Shown piece after piece: positions 53,143-63,684 of a DNA stretch of 64,000 bases. Source of the stretch: Clostridia bacterium (GTDB lineage Bacteria; Bacillota; Clostridia; Oscillospirales; CAG-272); assembly GCA_017502975.1 (NCBI GenBank), contig JAFVTV010000015.1, forward strand, positions 6,473 through 70,472, in the 5' to 3' direction. Position 1 is the stretch's first letter. The number at the start of each line of letters is the position of its first letter. The notes beneath the pieces are model-generated. The model did no database searches and had not been told where the DNA came from. It worked only from the letters and a program-made list of their open reading frames with translations. A program made the position numbers and the translations under genes.

Positions 53143-56100
53143 ATGTCTTCATTTGTACATTTGCATTTGCACAGTGAATATAGCCTGCTTGACGGCGCTT
53201 GTCGCATTCGTGATATTCCGAGGCGCGCCAAGGCGTGTGGGCATGATGCGGTTGCTCTTACCGATCACGGTGTCATGTATGGTGCAGTTGCATTTTACAA
53301 GGCGTGCATTGCTGAGGGCGTGAAGCCGATCATCGGGTGTGAGGTTTATGTTGCACCTCGCTCACGCTTTGCGAAATCCACGCTTGATGCACACCCCAAT
53401 CATCTTGTCTTGCTTTGCAAAAACGAGGTGGGATACCGCAATCTGATTAACCTTGTTTCCCGTGGCTTTACCGAAGGGTTTTACACAAAGCCCCGCATTG
53501 ATATCGAGCTTTTGCGTGAGCACTCCGAGGGCTTGATCGCGCTTTCCGGGTGTCTTGCGGGGCGCATCCCGCAGCTGCTTGTCGCAGGGGATTTTGAGGG
53601 CGCTTGCAAAACAGCGCGCGAATATGCCGCTATTTTTGGCAGGGATAATTTTTATATTGAAATACAGGATCACGGCTTGCCCGAGCAAAAGCAGATCCTA
53701 CCCATGCTGGTAAAGCTGGCAAACACCTGTGCTTTGCCCCTTGTTGCCACCAATGACTGCCATTATCTGACGCGCGCCGATGCCGAAACGCAAGCGGTGC
53801 TGATGTGCATTCAAACCAATAGCAGGCTTGACGACGGGCGCCCGATTGGCTTTGAAACCGATGAGTTTTATTATAAGGATAGCGCCGAGATGCAAATGCT
53901 TTTCGGCTCTTATGATGGTGCAATAGCCAATACCGTGAAAATCGCAGATAGATGTGAGTTAGCTTTTGATTTTTCGCAAAATCATCTACCCAAATTTCCG
54001 TGTCCCGAGGGTAAAAGCGCTGTGCAGCATTTGCGCGAGCTTGCCCAAAATGGCTTTGTCATGAGAAAAGCCACAGGGGGCTTGGCGCTTGAACTTTACA
54101 GCGAGGCTGCCTATCGCGAGCGCATGGAATATGAGCTTTCCGTCATTGAAAAAATGGGATATGCGGATTATTTCCTGATCGTGCAGGACTACGTTAATTT
54201 TGCAAAATCTAAAAGCATTCCCGTTGGCCCCGGGCGTGGCTCGGGGGCGGGCAGTGTAGTGGCATATTTCCTTGGCATTACTGACGTGGATCCGCTTCGC
54301 TTTGATCTGCTTTTCGAGCGTTTTCTCAATCCCGAGCGCGTCAGCATGCCCGATATCGACGTTGATTTTTGCTATAATCGCCGTGATGAGGTGATCAAAT
54401 ATGTCACCGCTCGCTACGGGCGTGAGCACGTATCTCAAATTATTACCTTTGGTACGCTTGCCGCAAGGGCGGCGGTGCGTGATGTGGGCAGGGCATTGGG
54501 AATTTCCTATCAAGAGGTGGATGCGGTGGCGAAAGCCATTCCGCGCGAGCTTGGAATTACGATTGCAGAAGCCATAAAGCAGCCCGAATTAAAGCGCTTG
54601 TACGAAGGCAAGCAGGAGATCAAAAAGCTGCTTGACCTAGCCATGGCGCTCGAGGGGATGCCTCGCAATATGTCTATCCATGCGGCGGGTATTGTGATCA
54701 CCGAAAAGCCCATTTCCTCGTATTTGCCGCTGGCGGCAAGCAACGGTATTGTGGTGACACAGTACGACATGGACACTGTGGCGGCGCTAGGACTTTTGAA
54801 GTTTGATTTTTTAGGGCTTCGTTACCTTACGATCATTGACGATGCCGTAAGATCCGTGCGCCGTGATGATCCTGATTTTGATATTCACAAAATTCCGCTT
54901 GATGATGCCGCAACCTATAAGCTGATCGCCAGAGGCGCAACCTCGGGCGTATTTCAGCTGGAATCGGGCGGTATGCGTCAAATGCTTGCTAACCTTGCCC
55001 CAAATTGCTTTGAGGATATCGTGGCGGCGATCGCGCTTTACAGACCCGGCCCCATGGACTCTATTCCTACGTTTGTAGAAAACCATCACAATCCGCAAAG
55101 GGTCACCTATAAGATCCCTCAGCTTGAGCCTATCCTGCGTTCGACCTATGGCTGCGTGGTATATCAGGAGCAGGTGATGCAGATCTTTCGCGAGCTTGCG
55201 GGATATACCTTTGGGCATGCAGACGTGGTGCGCCGCGCCATGGCAAAGAAAAAGGCTTCTGTCATGGAGGCAGAGCGTGATTCGTTTTTAGTTGGCTGTG
55301 CCCAAAACGGCATAGACAAAGAGCTTGCGGGAGAGCTGTTTGACGAGCTTTCAAGCTTTGCCAATTATGCTTTTAATAAAAGTCATGCGGCTGCGTATGC
55401 AATCATTTCTTATCAGACCGCATATTTGAAGGAGCATGCGCCAAAGGCTTATTTTGCGGCATTGCTGACCTCCGAGCTTGGAAATATGCCCAAGATTGCC
55501 GCCTATATTGCCGAGGTTGGCAAGCGCGGCGTGCGCGTTCTGCCCCCCGATATCAATGCCTCCGATATTAATTTCAGTGCTTGCGGCGATCATATTCGCT
55601 TTGGGCTTTTGGCGCTGAAAAATGTAGGTAGGCAGTTTCTCGAGGCCGTGGTAGAGGAGCGCAGGATCGGTGGCAAGTATCGCTCGTTCCATGATTTCCT
55701 TGAGCGCATGTCCTCGCATGACCTCAACAAGCGGCAGATCGAGTCGCTGATCAAATCGGGCGCTTTTGATTCACTTGGCATTTTCCGCAGTCGCCTTATG
55801 GCTGTATATGAGCAAATGATCGATCAACTGCAAAGCAAAAACCGAACCAATCTCACGGGTCAGCTTGATATGTTTTCAAGTGTTGTGAGTGAGGAGCTGC
55901 ATGTTACCTATCCCGATCTTCCCGAGTTTGGTCTGCGCCAACTGTTGGCCGAGGAAAAGGAAGCGGCAGGCATGTATTTTTCAGGACATGTGCTTGACGG
56001 ATTTTCAAATGCGCTTTCAGCCACCGATATCGTTCCGATCCACACGATCTGCGACGTAGATGAGGGAGAAAGCACCGCATTTACTGACAGACAAGCGGTT

Positions 56101-56667
56101 ACTGTGGCGGGAATCATTACAGCACTGACACACAAAACCACAAAATCAAACGAGCAAATGGTATTTTTTACAGTTGAGGATCGCATGGGAGAGATCGAAT
56201 GCATTGCTTTCCCCAAGACACGTGAAAAATTTGCCGATCAATTATTCCTTGATAATGTGGTGCGCATTGAGGGACAGCTGTCCCTGAGGGAAGATGAGCC
56301 CCCAAAAATCATTATCTCGCGTATGAGCGAGTTGCCCGCAAACGGTTCTGCACAGCAAGCGGCGGTACATGCAAAAAAAGAGGTAACAGCTAAAGCGCAG
56401 GAAGTGGAGCGAGCAAAGGGTGGCGCTGCCAACACGGAAACGCTTGAGAAAGCGCGTATTCTTTATTTGCGTGTTCCTTCGCTTGACCATGCGCTTTGCC
56501 AGTGCGCACGCAGTATCCTAAACAATAATAAAGGAGATCTGCCGGTATCGATCTTTGATGCAGCAACTAAGACTTATCACAAGCAAGCAGTAGGATTTGC
56601 GCTTTCATCCGCCGCTCTTACTGAATTGTATCATATTTTGGGTAAGGAAAATGTTGTGCTGAAATGA
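53143..56667 (+). CDS. dnaE: DNA polymerase III subunit alpha (DnaE type)
   Basis: FVHLHLHSEYSLLDGA (PHP domain), GPGRGSGAGSVVAY, PDIDVDF, and an OB-fold near the C-terminus. About 1174 aa. Confidence 0.97.
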   Translation: MSSFVHLHLHSEYSLLDGACRIRDIPRRAKACGHDAVALTDHGVMYGAVAFYKACIAEGVKPIIGCEVYVAPRSRFAKSTLDAHPNHLVLLCKNEVGYRNLINLVSRGFTEGFYTKPRIDIELLREHSEGLIALSGCLAGRIPQLLVAGDFEGACKTAREYAAIFGRDNFYIEIQDHGLPEQKQILPMLVKLANTCALPLVATNDCHYLTRADAETQAVLMCIQTNSRLDDGRPIGFETDEFYYKDSAEMQMLFGSYDGAIANTVKIADRCELAFDFSQNHLPKFPCPEGKSAVQHLRELAQNGFVMRKATGGLALELYSEAAYRERMEYELSVIEKMGYADYFLIVQDYVNFAKSKSIPVGPGRGSGAGSVVAYFLGITDVDPLRFDLLFERFLNPERVSMPDIDVDFCYNRRDEVIKYVTARYGREHVSQIITFGTLAARAAVRDVGRALGISYQEVDAVAKAIPRELGITIAEAIKQPELKRLYEGKQEIKKLLDLAMALEGMPRNMSIHAAGIVITEKPISSYLPLAASNGIVVTQYDMDTVAALGLLKFDFLGLRYLTIIDDAVRSVRRDDPDFDIHKIPLDDAATYKLIARGATSGVFQLESGGMRQMLANLAPNCFEDIVAAIALYRPGPMDSIPTFVENHHNPQRVTYKIPQLEPILRSTYGCVVYQEQVMQIFRELAGYTFGHADVVRRAMAKKKASVMEAERDSFLVGCAQNGIDKELAGELFDELSSFANYAFNKSHAAAYAIISYQTAYLKEHAPKAYFAALLTSELGNMPKIAAYIAEVGKRGVRVLPPDINASDINFSACGDHIRFGLLALKNVGRQFLEAVVEERRIGGKYRSFHDFLERMSSHDLNKRQIESLIKSGAFDSLGIFRSRLMAVYEQMIDQLQSKNRTNLTGQLDMFSSVVSEELHVTYPDLPEFGLRQLLAEEKEAAGMYFSGHVLDGFSNALSATDIVPIHTICDVDEGESTAFTDRQAVTVAGIITALTHKTTKSNEQMVFFTVEDRMGEIECIAFPKTREKFADQLFLDNVVRIEGQLSLREDEPPKIIISRMSELPANGSAQQAAVHAKKEVTAKAQEVERAKGGAANTETLEKARILYLRVPSLDHALCQCARSILNNNKGDLPVSIFDAATKTYHKQAVGFALSSAALTELYHILGKENVVLK

Positions 56668-56708
56668 CAAAATCCGTGCATCTTCCCATATAGAAACAAG
56701 TATGATAT

Positions 56709-56754
56709 CCCCTCGCTTGGCGGCAAACTAAAGCCAAGCGGGGGTGATTTTTTT
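56709..56754 (+). terminator. rho-independent terminator after dnaE, overlapping the PBP start region
   Basis: CCCCTCGCTTGGC-N11-GCCAAGCGGGGG followed by TGATTTTTTT. Confidence 0.7.
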
Positions 56755-59137
56755 GCATACAAAAAGAAAGGAAAGCAGGATCGCGATATTTTTCCTTTCC
56801 TGCACACTCATACTACTGACCGTTTTATCGTTTGCAGTGGTCGTGGGGGCAATTTGGGCGCGTACTGTTCCGCAAAGCGATTTAAAAGAGGAGATCTTTT
56901 CCATTGGTGTAAGCGATCGCACCACAAGGCTATATTGCTATGATCAAAATGGGGCTGAGGTAGAACTGGTCAGCGATCGCGTCAGCGGCTATGAGAACGC
57001 GCTTTACTGCCCAATCTCGCAAATGCCCGAAAATCTTAAAAATGCTTTTATTGCCATTGAGGATAAGCGTTTTTATGATCATGGCGGCATCGATTGGATC
57101 AGAACGGCATCTGCGGTACGTAGTTACCTTACAGGAGAGAATGAGAGTAAATTTGGCGGCTCTACCATTACACAGCAGCTTGTAAAAAATCTAACTGGGG
57201 ACAGTGAAAAAACGCTGTCGCGCAAGGTAGGAGAACTGATGCGCGCGGTAAAGGTAGAGCAAAAGCTATCTAAAAATGCAATTCTTGAGCAATATCTTAA
57301 TGTTGTCAATTTGGCAGAGAATTGCTACGGTGTAAAAACGGCCGCCAATGCTTATTTTTCAAAGGAGCCAAGCGAGCTAACCCTGTCAGAATGTGCCAGC
57401 ATCGCTGCCATTACCAATAACCCCACAAAATATGATCCCATACGGCATCCCGAAAACAACCGCGCGCGCCGCGATCTGATTTTAAACGAAATGCTGTTAC
57501 AAGGAATGATAAGCGAAACGGACTATAACGAGGCGGTTGCTTGCGAAGTGGAGCTGTCAGTCAATCGCGAGGCGATGACAGGAAGGGTAAATTCGTGGTA
57601 TGCCGATCTTGCGATATCCGATGTTATAGATGCCTTGGTGAAAGAAAAGGGCTACACAGAAGCCGAGGCAAGCAGGCTTGTGTATTGCGGCGGATTGAAG
57701 ATATATGTTGCAATGAACCGAGAATTGCAAGAGGTTGTTACCGAATATTATGAGAACATTAAAAATTTTCCTGTGCATGAGGGTGGGGAACAGGCGCAAA
57801 GTTCCATTATGATCGTTGATCCCGCAAACGGAGATATTTTAGCAATTGCGGGAGCGACGGGTAAAAAGAACTCCAATCGCATTCAAAATTACGCTACCGA
57901 CACCAAACGCCCCTCAGGCTCTGTTATCAAGCCCTTGGCGGTTTACGCGCCGGCGCTTGAACGCAATCTGATCAATTATGCAAGTGTATTTGACGATGTG
58001 CCGCAGCTCTTTCGAGCGAACGGCGCACCCTGGCCTCGCAATTCTCCCGATGTTTACCGTGGGTTAACTACAGTAAACGCAGCACTGACTCATTCTGTCA
58101 ATACTGTATCGGTTGCCATACTGCAAAGGCTTGGTACGCAGGAGTCATACCGCTTTTTGCGTGATAAATTAGGCTTCACCTCTCTTGACCGAGAAAAGGA
58201 TATCGGTGCAGCAGCGCTTGCGCTTGGTCAACAGCATAAGGGTGTGACCCTGCGTGAAATGCTTGGCGGTTATACCGCATTGGCGAACAATGGAGTATAT
58301 GAGGGCACGCGCAGTTATTATAAGGTGCTTGACAGCAACGGAGAGTTGTTGCTGACGAATGAAAGAAACGAGAGGCGCGTGCTTGGTGAGGATACCGCAT
58401 CAATCATGACGATGATGCTTCGCCGCGTTGTGCGCGAGGGAACAGGGAAAGCGATCACCTTGAAGGAAAGGGTGGATGTGGCAGGCAAGACGGGAACCAG
58501 CAGCAACAATTGTGACAAGTGGTTTATCGGATACACGCCCGAATTACTTTGCGGCGTTTGGTACGGATATGAATATCCAAAGTCTGTGGCGGATATCAGC
58601 GGAAATCATGCTCTTGGTATTTGGGATGCCGTGATGCAGCGTGCCATTGATGCGGTTGGTATCAGTTCTCCGCAGTTTAAAACCGCAGAGGGAATCGTTA
58701 CAGCGCGTTACTGTAAGGATTCGGGGCTTCTTATGAGTGATGCTTGTTATCATGATCCGCGCGGTGATCGTGCAGAGATCGGATACTTTAAAAAGGGAAC
58801 CGAACCGCACACCGCATGCCAATGCCACACACTAATTGATTATTGTGATTGTGGGGGGATAGCCACGGAAAATTGCCCCGAGGAGCATTGTCACAAGACA
58901 GCGCTTTTGCGCGTTTCAAGAAACTTTCCCCGACAGATCAAGGTGCTTGATGCACCCTATTCCTACGGCGGCACATACGTCGAAAAAGAACGAGAATTAT
59001 CTAAAAATGAGCCATATTATGCCAATAAATACGAAACCAAGCAAAATTTTGGCATAGGCTTAGATGTAATACCGTACAATCACGTTTGCCCTGCGCACAC
59101 CGAGGATGCTTTTTGGCGCAGACGCGCAGTCATATAA
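56744..59137 (+). CDS. class A penicillin-binding protein (glycosyltransferase GT51 + transpeptidase)
   Basis: GT51 motifs (AFIAIEDKRFYDHGGID, GGSTITQQLVKN, RKVGEL) and transpeptidase motifs (SGSVIKP, SVN, KTGTS). The start is GTG 56744 or TTG 56753, 8 nt after GGGGG. Confidence 0.92.
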   Translation: MIFLHTKRKESRIAIFFLSCTLILLTVLSFAVVVGAIWARTVPQSDLKEEIFSIGVSDRTTRLYCYDQNGAEVELVSDRVSGYENALYCPISQMPENLKNAFIAIEDKRFYDHGGIDWIRTASAVRSYLTGENESKFGGSTITQQLVKNLTGDSEKTLSRKVGELMRAVKVEQKLSKNAILEQYLNVVNLAENCYGVKTAANAYFSKEPSELTLSECASIAAITNNPTKYDPIRHPENNRARRDLILNEMLLQGMISETDYNEAVACEVELSVNREAMTGRVNSWYADLAISDVIDALVKEKGYTEAEASRLVYCGGLKIYVAMNRELQEVVTEYYENIKNFPVHEGGEQAQSSIMIVDPANGDILAIAGATGKKNSNRIQNYATDTKRPSGSVIKPLAVYAPALERNLINYASVFDDVPQLFRANGAPWPRNSPDVYRGLTTVNAALTHSVNTVSVAILQRLGTQESYRFLRDKLGFTSLDREKDIGAAALALGQQHKGVTLREMLGGYTALANNGVYEGTRSYYKVLDSNGELLLTNERNERRVLGEDTASIMTMMLRRVVREGTGKAITLKERVDVAGKTGTSSNNCDKWFIGYTPELLCGVWYGYEYPKSVADISGNHALGIWDAVMQRAIDAVGISSPQFKTAEGIVTARYCKDSGLLMSDACYHDPRGDRAEIGYFKKGTEPHTACQCHTLIDYCDCGGIATENCPEEHCHKTALLRVSRNFPRQIKVLDAPYSYGGTYVEKERELSKNEPYYANKYETKQNFGIGLDVIPYNHVCPAHTEDAFWRRRAVI

Positions 59138-59172
59138 AAAAACGGCGAAGCCATGTGTGTGGCTTCGCCGTA
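59135..59172. terminator. hairpin terminator between the convergent PBP and mnmA genes
   Basis: AAAAAAA-ACGGCGAAGCCA-TGTGTG-TGGCTTCGCCGT. The U-tract is well formed for the minus-strand (mnmA) transcript. Confidence 0.8.
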
Positions 59173-59175
59173 AAT

Positions 59176-60246
59176 TTATTTGATTTTACCGCCGCCAATG
59201 ACGTAATCGCCATCATACAGCACAAGGGATTGCCCCCGCGAGATGGCGCGCTGCGGCTCTTGGAATTCCACGGTGAGTTCATCCTTTCCGGTTTGCTCTA
59301 CACGGGCGGGGGCCGCCTCTTGACGGTAGCGCGCCTTTGCAAGAAGCGTGAGGGGAGAGGATAAATTGTCAAACGGAATAAAATTAAGATTTTCAACCGT
59401 AAGCCGTTTGGTAAACAGATCCTCGTTCGTGCCAAGCGTTACGGTATTGTTAGCAGCGGATTTTGAAACCACAAACGCGGGTCTGCCAAGAGAGATACCA
59501 AGCCCCTTTCGCTGACCGATGGTGTAATGTATTATGCCGCGATGCTCGCCAAGGATCTTGCCATCAGTTGAAAGAAATTTGCCGGGCAAGGGCGTGCGAG
59601 TGCTGTGATCCTTGATGAAGGTGGCATAATCGCCGCTTGGAATGAAGCAAATATCCTGGCTCTCACTCCTTTGTGCGGCGGCAAAGCCTTGCGCCGAAGC
59701 AATCTCTCTTACCTCCGCCTTGCTCATATCACCCAAGGGGAATTCTACGCAAGAGAGCACCTCTTGAGAGAGCGTGTAAAGCACATAGGTCTGATCCTTA
59801 GTAAGATCCTTGGCACGGCGCAGCAGAAACCTGCCGTTACCGTCTTTTTCGATCCGCGCATAATGACCTGTAGCAAGGCGGTTAAAGCCATGCTCCGCGG
59901 CGAAGCGCAAAAGCGCACCGAATTTGATCTCCTTGTTGCAGTCAATGCAAGGGTTTGGCGTTTTTCCTTCTTCATATGCACGCACAAAGGCATTGACCAC
60001 CAATGCGCGAAATTCCTCGGAAAGCTCAGCCACAACGTGAGGAATCCCAAGCGCCTCACACGTACTTGCCGCATCCTTTATGTCTTGCACTGCCGCTTTT
60101 TTATGCTCGCCATGGTCAAATGCAAGGCGCATGGTAACACCGCAGGCGGTGCGGCCGCGAGAGGCAAGAAACGCGGAAACCGCGCTGTCAACACCGCCAC
60201 TCATGGCAATCATAATCTTATCATTCATGTGCTTGATCCCATTCAT
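59176..60246 (-). CDS. mnmA: tRNA 2-thiouridine(34) synthase
   Basis: IMIAMSGGVDSAV (PP-loop), NPCIDCN, ATGHYAR, KDQTYVL. The start is ATG 60246 or 60228; neither has a strong RBS. Confidence 0.93.
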   Translation of the reverse strand: MNGIKHMNDKIMIAMSGGVDSAVSAFLASRGRTACGVTMRLAFDHGEHKKAAVQDIKDAASTCEALGIPHVVAELSEEFRALVVNAFVRAYEEGKTPNPCIDCNKEIKFGALLRFAAEHGFNRLATGHYARIEKDGNGRFLLRRAKDLTKDQTYVLYTLSQEVLSCVEFPLGDMSKAEVREIASAQGFAAAQRSESQDICFIPSGDYATFIKDHSTRTPLPGKFLSTDGKILGEHRGIIHYTIGQRKGLGISLGRPAFVVSKSAANNTVTLGTNEDLFTKRLTVENLNFIPFDNLSSPLTLLAKARYRQEAAPARVEQTGKDELTVEFQEPQRAISRGQSLVLYDGDYVIGGGKIK

Positions 60247-60733
60247 ATTTCGTTAAGCTGCCAACCTCTAAAAGTCCCTCAAATTCACTTTGTCTGAGTA
60301 CCTCATAAACAGCGATGGCTACCGAATTGGATAGATTTAAGCTGCGAAGCTTATCGCGCATGGGAATGCGCACCGCAGTCTTTGGATGTGAAACCAAAAG
60401 CTCCTCGGGAAGTCCCGCGCTCTCCTTGCCAAACATTAAAAATACTTCCTCCGGATACCGAACATCAGCATAGGTGTTTCTTGCCTTTGTGGTAAAATAG
60501 TAGATCGGCTTATCGCCGTGCTTCGAGAAAAAATCGGCAAGTCCGTCATAGTATGTAATATCCAGCTTGTCCCAATAATCAAGCCCGGCTCTCTTTAGTT
60601 TTTTGTCGTCAATGGTAAAGCCGAGGGGGCGGATCAGGTGAAGGGAAGAACCGGTTGCCGCACAGGTTCTTGCTACATTACCTGTATTTTGCGGAATTTC
60701 GGGCTCAAACAAAACAATATGTATGTGGGGCAT
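60221..60733 (-). CDS. trmL: tRNA (cytidine/uridine(34)-2'-O)-methyltransferase (SpoU/TrmL)
   Basis: IVLFEPEIPQNTGNVARTCAATGSSLHLIRPLGF, MFGKESAGLP, and SLNLSNSVAIAVYEVLRQ. Confidence 0.9.
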   Translation of the reverse strand: MPHIHIVLFEPEIPQNTGNVARTCAATGSSLHLIRPLGFTIDDKKLKRAGLDYWDKLDITYYDGLADFFSKHGDKPIYYFTTKARNTYADVRYPEEVFLMFGKESAGLPEELLVSHPKTAVRIPMRDKLRSLNLSNSVAIAVYEVLRQSEFEGLLEVGSLTKYEWDQAHE

Positions 60734-60830
60734 AATGCTCTCCTTTATTTTTTGCTTCTTTTATTATAGCCGATTTCTTTAAAACATGCAAGTAATGCGA
60801 AAATAATTTGCAAATTTTTTGTGCCGGCTA

Positions 60831-60859
60831 TGGAAATTTCGTTTTATATGTAGTATAAT
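60831..60859 (+). promoter_or_regulatory. possible sigma-A promoter for secA
   Basis: TGGAAA (60831-60836), 17 nt, TATAAT (60854-60859). Confidence 0.4.
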
Positions 60860-60891
60860 AATTATAATTTGTTTATACTCGGAGGAAAACC

Positions 60892-63648
60892 ATGGCACTC
60901 TTTCGTAAAATTTTCGGCACATACAGTGACCGTCAAATAAAAAAATTAAAGCGTGTGGCTGATGAGATCGAGGCGTTAGCACCCAAGTACGCAGCGCTCT
61001 CCAATGAGGAACTGGCACACGTTACGGTAGAGTTAAAGGAGCGTCTTGCGGCAGGCGAGACTTTAGACGATATACTTTGTGATGCATTTGCTGCTGTGCG
61101 TGAGGCAGACGCACGTGTGCTCGGAAAGCGCCCCTTCTATGTACAATTGCTTGGTGCTATCATTTTGCATCAAGGCCGTATTGCTGAAATGAAGACCGGT
61201 GAGGGTAAAACGCTGGTGGCAACCATGCCTGCATATCTCAATGCCTTGGCAGGTAAGGGTGTGCATGTGGTTACGGTAAACGATTATCTTGCTCGCCGTG
61301 ACAGTGAGGAAATGGGTAGAGTATACGCGTTTATGGGGCTGTCTACGGGACTTGTGGTGCACGGCATCAGCCCTGCCGATAAAAAGGCGGCATATGAAGC
61401 CGATATTACCTACGGCACCAACAATGAGTTTGGCTTTGATTATCTGCGCGATAATATGGTGGTTTACAAAAATGACATGGTACAGCGCGGTCATGCGTTT
61501 GCCATCGTTGATGAGGTGGACTCGATCTTGATCGATGAAGCCCGCACTCCCTTGATTATATCAGGCGCAGGGCAAAAATCCACCGATCTTTACGAGCGTG
61601 CCAACACACTTGTGCGCACCATGACAAAGCTTGTGCGCAAGGAAGTGGATAATAAGGAAGCCACTGACGATATCGAGGCGGATTATTTGGTGGATGAGAA
61701 GGGGCGCAATGCCATTCTTACCCCCCGCGGTGCCAAGCGCGCTGAGGAATTTTTTGAACTTGAAAACTTTGCCGATCCCGCCAATTCCGAGATTGCGCAC
61801 CACGTTAATCAAGCCATTCATGCTTGGGGCGTGATGAAGCGTGACGTTGATTACGTGGTCAACGAAAACGGCGTTATGATTGTTGATGCATTTACGGGGC
61901 GCATCATGCCCGGCAGACGCTATTCAAATGGCTTGCATCAAGCCATTGAAGCCAAAGAGGGTGTAGAGGTCAAAAAGGAAAATCGCACCCTTGCCACGAT
62001 CACGTTCCAAAATTATTTCCGTATGTACTCCAAGCTTTCCGGCATGACGGGTACCGCGCTTACAGAGGAAATGGAATTTCGCGAAATCTATTCGCTTGAT
62101 GTGGTTGAGGTGCCTACCAATATGCCTATGATCCGCATCGATCAAAACGATGTGGTATACAAGGATGTCAGATGCAAGACCGATGCCATTGTTGCACAGA
62201 TCAAGGAATGCCACGTAAAGGGACAACCCGTGCTTGTGGGCACGGTAAGCGTAGATAAATCCGAGGAGCTCTCCGCTCGCTTGAAGCGCGAGGGCGTGCG
62301 CCACAATGTTCTCAATGCCAAGCATCATGAGCGAGAGGCGGAGATCATCGCGCAGGCAGGCAAATTTGGTGCTGTTACCATTTCCACCAACATGGCAGGA
62401 CGCGGTACTGACATTATGCTTGGCGGCAACTCCGAATTTTTGGCAAAGAATGAAATGCGAAAGCAGGGCTTTTCCGAGGATCTCATTGCTATGGCAACGG
62501 GTACTACGGACATCGATGATGACGAGGTACGTGCCGCACGCGAAACATTTCATAAATTAAATGCGCAGTTCAAGCGTGAGATCGAGCCTGAGGCAGAACG
62601 TGTACGTGAGGCGGGCGGTCTTTATATCCTTGGCACCGAGCGTCACGAAAGCCGCCGTATCGACAATCAGCTTCGCGGCCGTTCGGGTAGACAGGGCGAT
62701 CCCGGTGAATCACGCTTTTTCCTCTCTCTTGAAGATGATCTGATGCGCCTGTTCGGTCACAATATCGACCGCATCAAAGGGCTTGTTACCAAGATCGGCT
62801 TACCCGATGACCAACCGATCAGTGCAACGATTCTCTCGGGCTTGATCGAGAATGCACAGCGCAAGATCGAGGATGTTCATTTTAAGCGCCGTAAGAATGT
62901 GCTGACCTATGACGACGTCATGAACCAGCAGCGCAATCTCATTTACAAGCAGCGCCTTGAGGTTCTGAACGGAGAGGATATTTCGGGAACTATTTTGCAA
63001 ATGATCCGCTCCACCATCGAGGAGAATGTAGCTCACTTTATGGGCGATGGCAGCGAGGAAACGCGCAATCTTGAGGGTCTTGAGGCTATTTACAGATCCT
63101 ATCTCTTAAAGCCGAATGAATCGCTTGAGGATATGTTTGCACAAATGAAAAAGCCCGCAGAGCTTACCGCGTTTTTAACTGCACGTGCCGAGGAGATCTA
63201 TGCCGAAAAGGAAAAGCTTTTTGGCAGCGAGGTGTTCCGCGAGGTAGAGCGCTCGCTTCTTTTGCAGGCTGTTGACAGCCACTGGATGGAGCATATCGAT
63301 ATTATGGATGATCTCAAGGGAAGCATTGGCTTACAGGCATATGCGCAGCGCGACCCTGTAAACGAATACCGCTTGCAGGGTGCGGATCTCTTTGACAACA
63401 TGATCAACGAGATCCGTGATGAAACCGTTCGCCATGTCCTGACCGTTATCCCGCGTGCGCAGCCCATAAAGCGTGTGCAGCTTGCAAAGCCGTTGCAGGA
63501 AAATCTCGCGGATGATAAAAGCGCGCAAAAGAAAAAGGTTATCGTGGTGCGCAAGGCAGAAAAGGTTGGAAGAAACGATCTTTGTCCTTGCGGCAGCGGA
63601 AAAAAATACAAGAAATGCTGCGGTATGACGCAGGGGAATTCCAATTAA
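60892..63648 (+). CDS. secA: preprotein translocase ATPase SecA
   Basis: MKTGEGKTLVATMPAYLNAL (Walker A), DEVDSILIDEARTPLIISG (DEAD-like), TNMAGRGTDI, and the C-terminal zinc motif CPCGSGKKYKKCCG. Confidence 0.98.
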   Translation: MALFRKIFGTYSDRQIKKLKRVADEIEALAPKYAALSNEELAHVTVELKERLAAGETLDDILCDAFAAVREADARVLGKRPFYVQLLGAIILHQGRIAEMKTGEGKTLVATMPAYLNALAGKGVHVVTVNDYLARRDSEEMGRVYAFMGLSTGLVVHGISPADKKAAYEADITYGTNNEFGFDYLRDNMVVYKNDMVQRGHAFAIVDEVDSILIDEARTPLIISGAGQKSTDLYERANTLVRTMTKLVRKEVDNKEATDDIEADYLVDEKGRNAILTPRGAKRAEEFFELENFADPANSEIAHHVNQAIHAWGVMKRDVDYVVNENGVMIVDAFTGRIMPGRRYSNGLHQAIEAKEGVEVKKENRTLATITFQNYFRMYSKLSGMTGTALTEEMEFREIYSLDVVEVPTNMPMIRIDQNDVVYKDVRCKTDAIVAQIKECHVKGQPVLVGTVSVDKSEELSARLKREGVRHNVLNAKHHEREAEIIAQAGKFGAVTISTNMAGRGTDIMLGGNSEFLAKNEMRKQGFSEDLIAMATGTTDIDDDEVRAARETFHKLNAQFKREIEPEAERVREAGGLYILGTERHESRRIDNQLRGRSGRQGDPGESRFFLSLEDDLMRLFGHNIDRIKGLVTKIGLPDDQPISATILSGLIENAQRKIEDVHFKRRKNVLTYDDVMNQQRNLIYKQRLEVLNGEDISGTILQMIRSTIEENVAHFMGDGSEETRNLEGLEAIYRSYLLKPNESLEDMFAQMKKPAELTAFLTARAEEIYAEKEKLFGSEVFREVERSLLLQAVDSHWMEHIDIMDDLKGSIGLQAYAQRDPVNEYRLQGADLFDNMINEIRDETVRHVLTVIPRAQPIKRVQLAKPLQENLADDKSAQKKKVIVVRKAEKVGRNDLCPCGSGKKYKKCCGMTQGNSN

Positions 63649-63684
63649 GTTTGATAAGATAGTGTAAAAGGGAGGTGACTGAGC

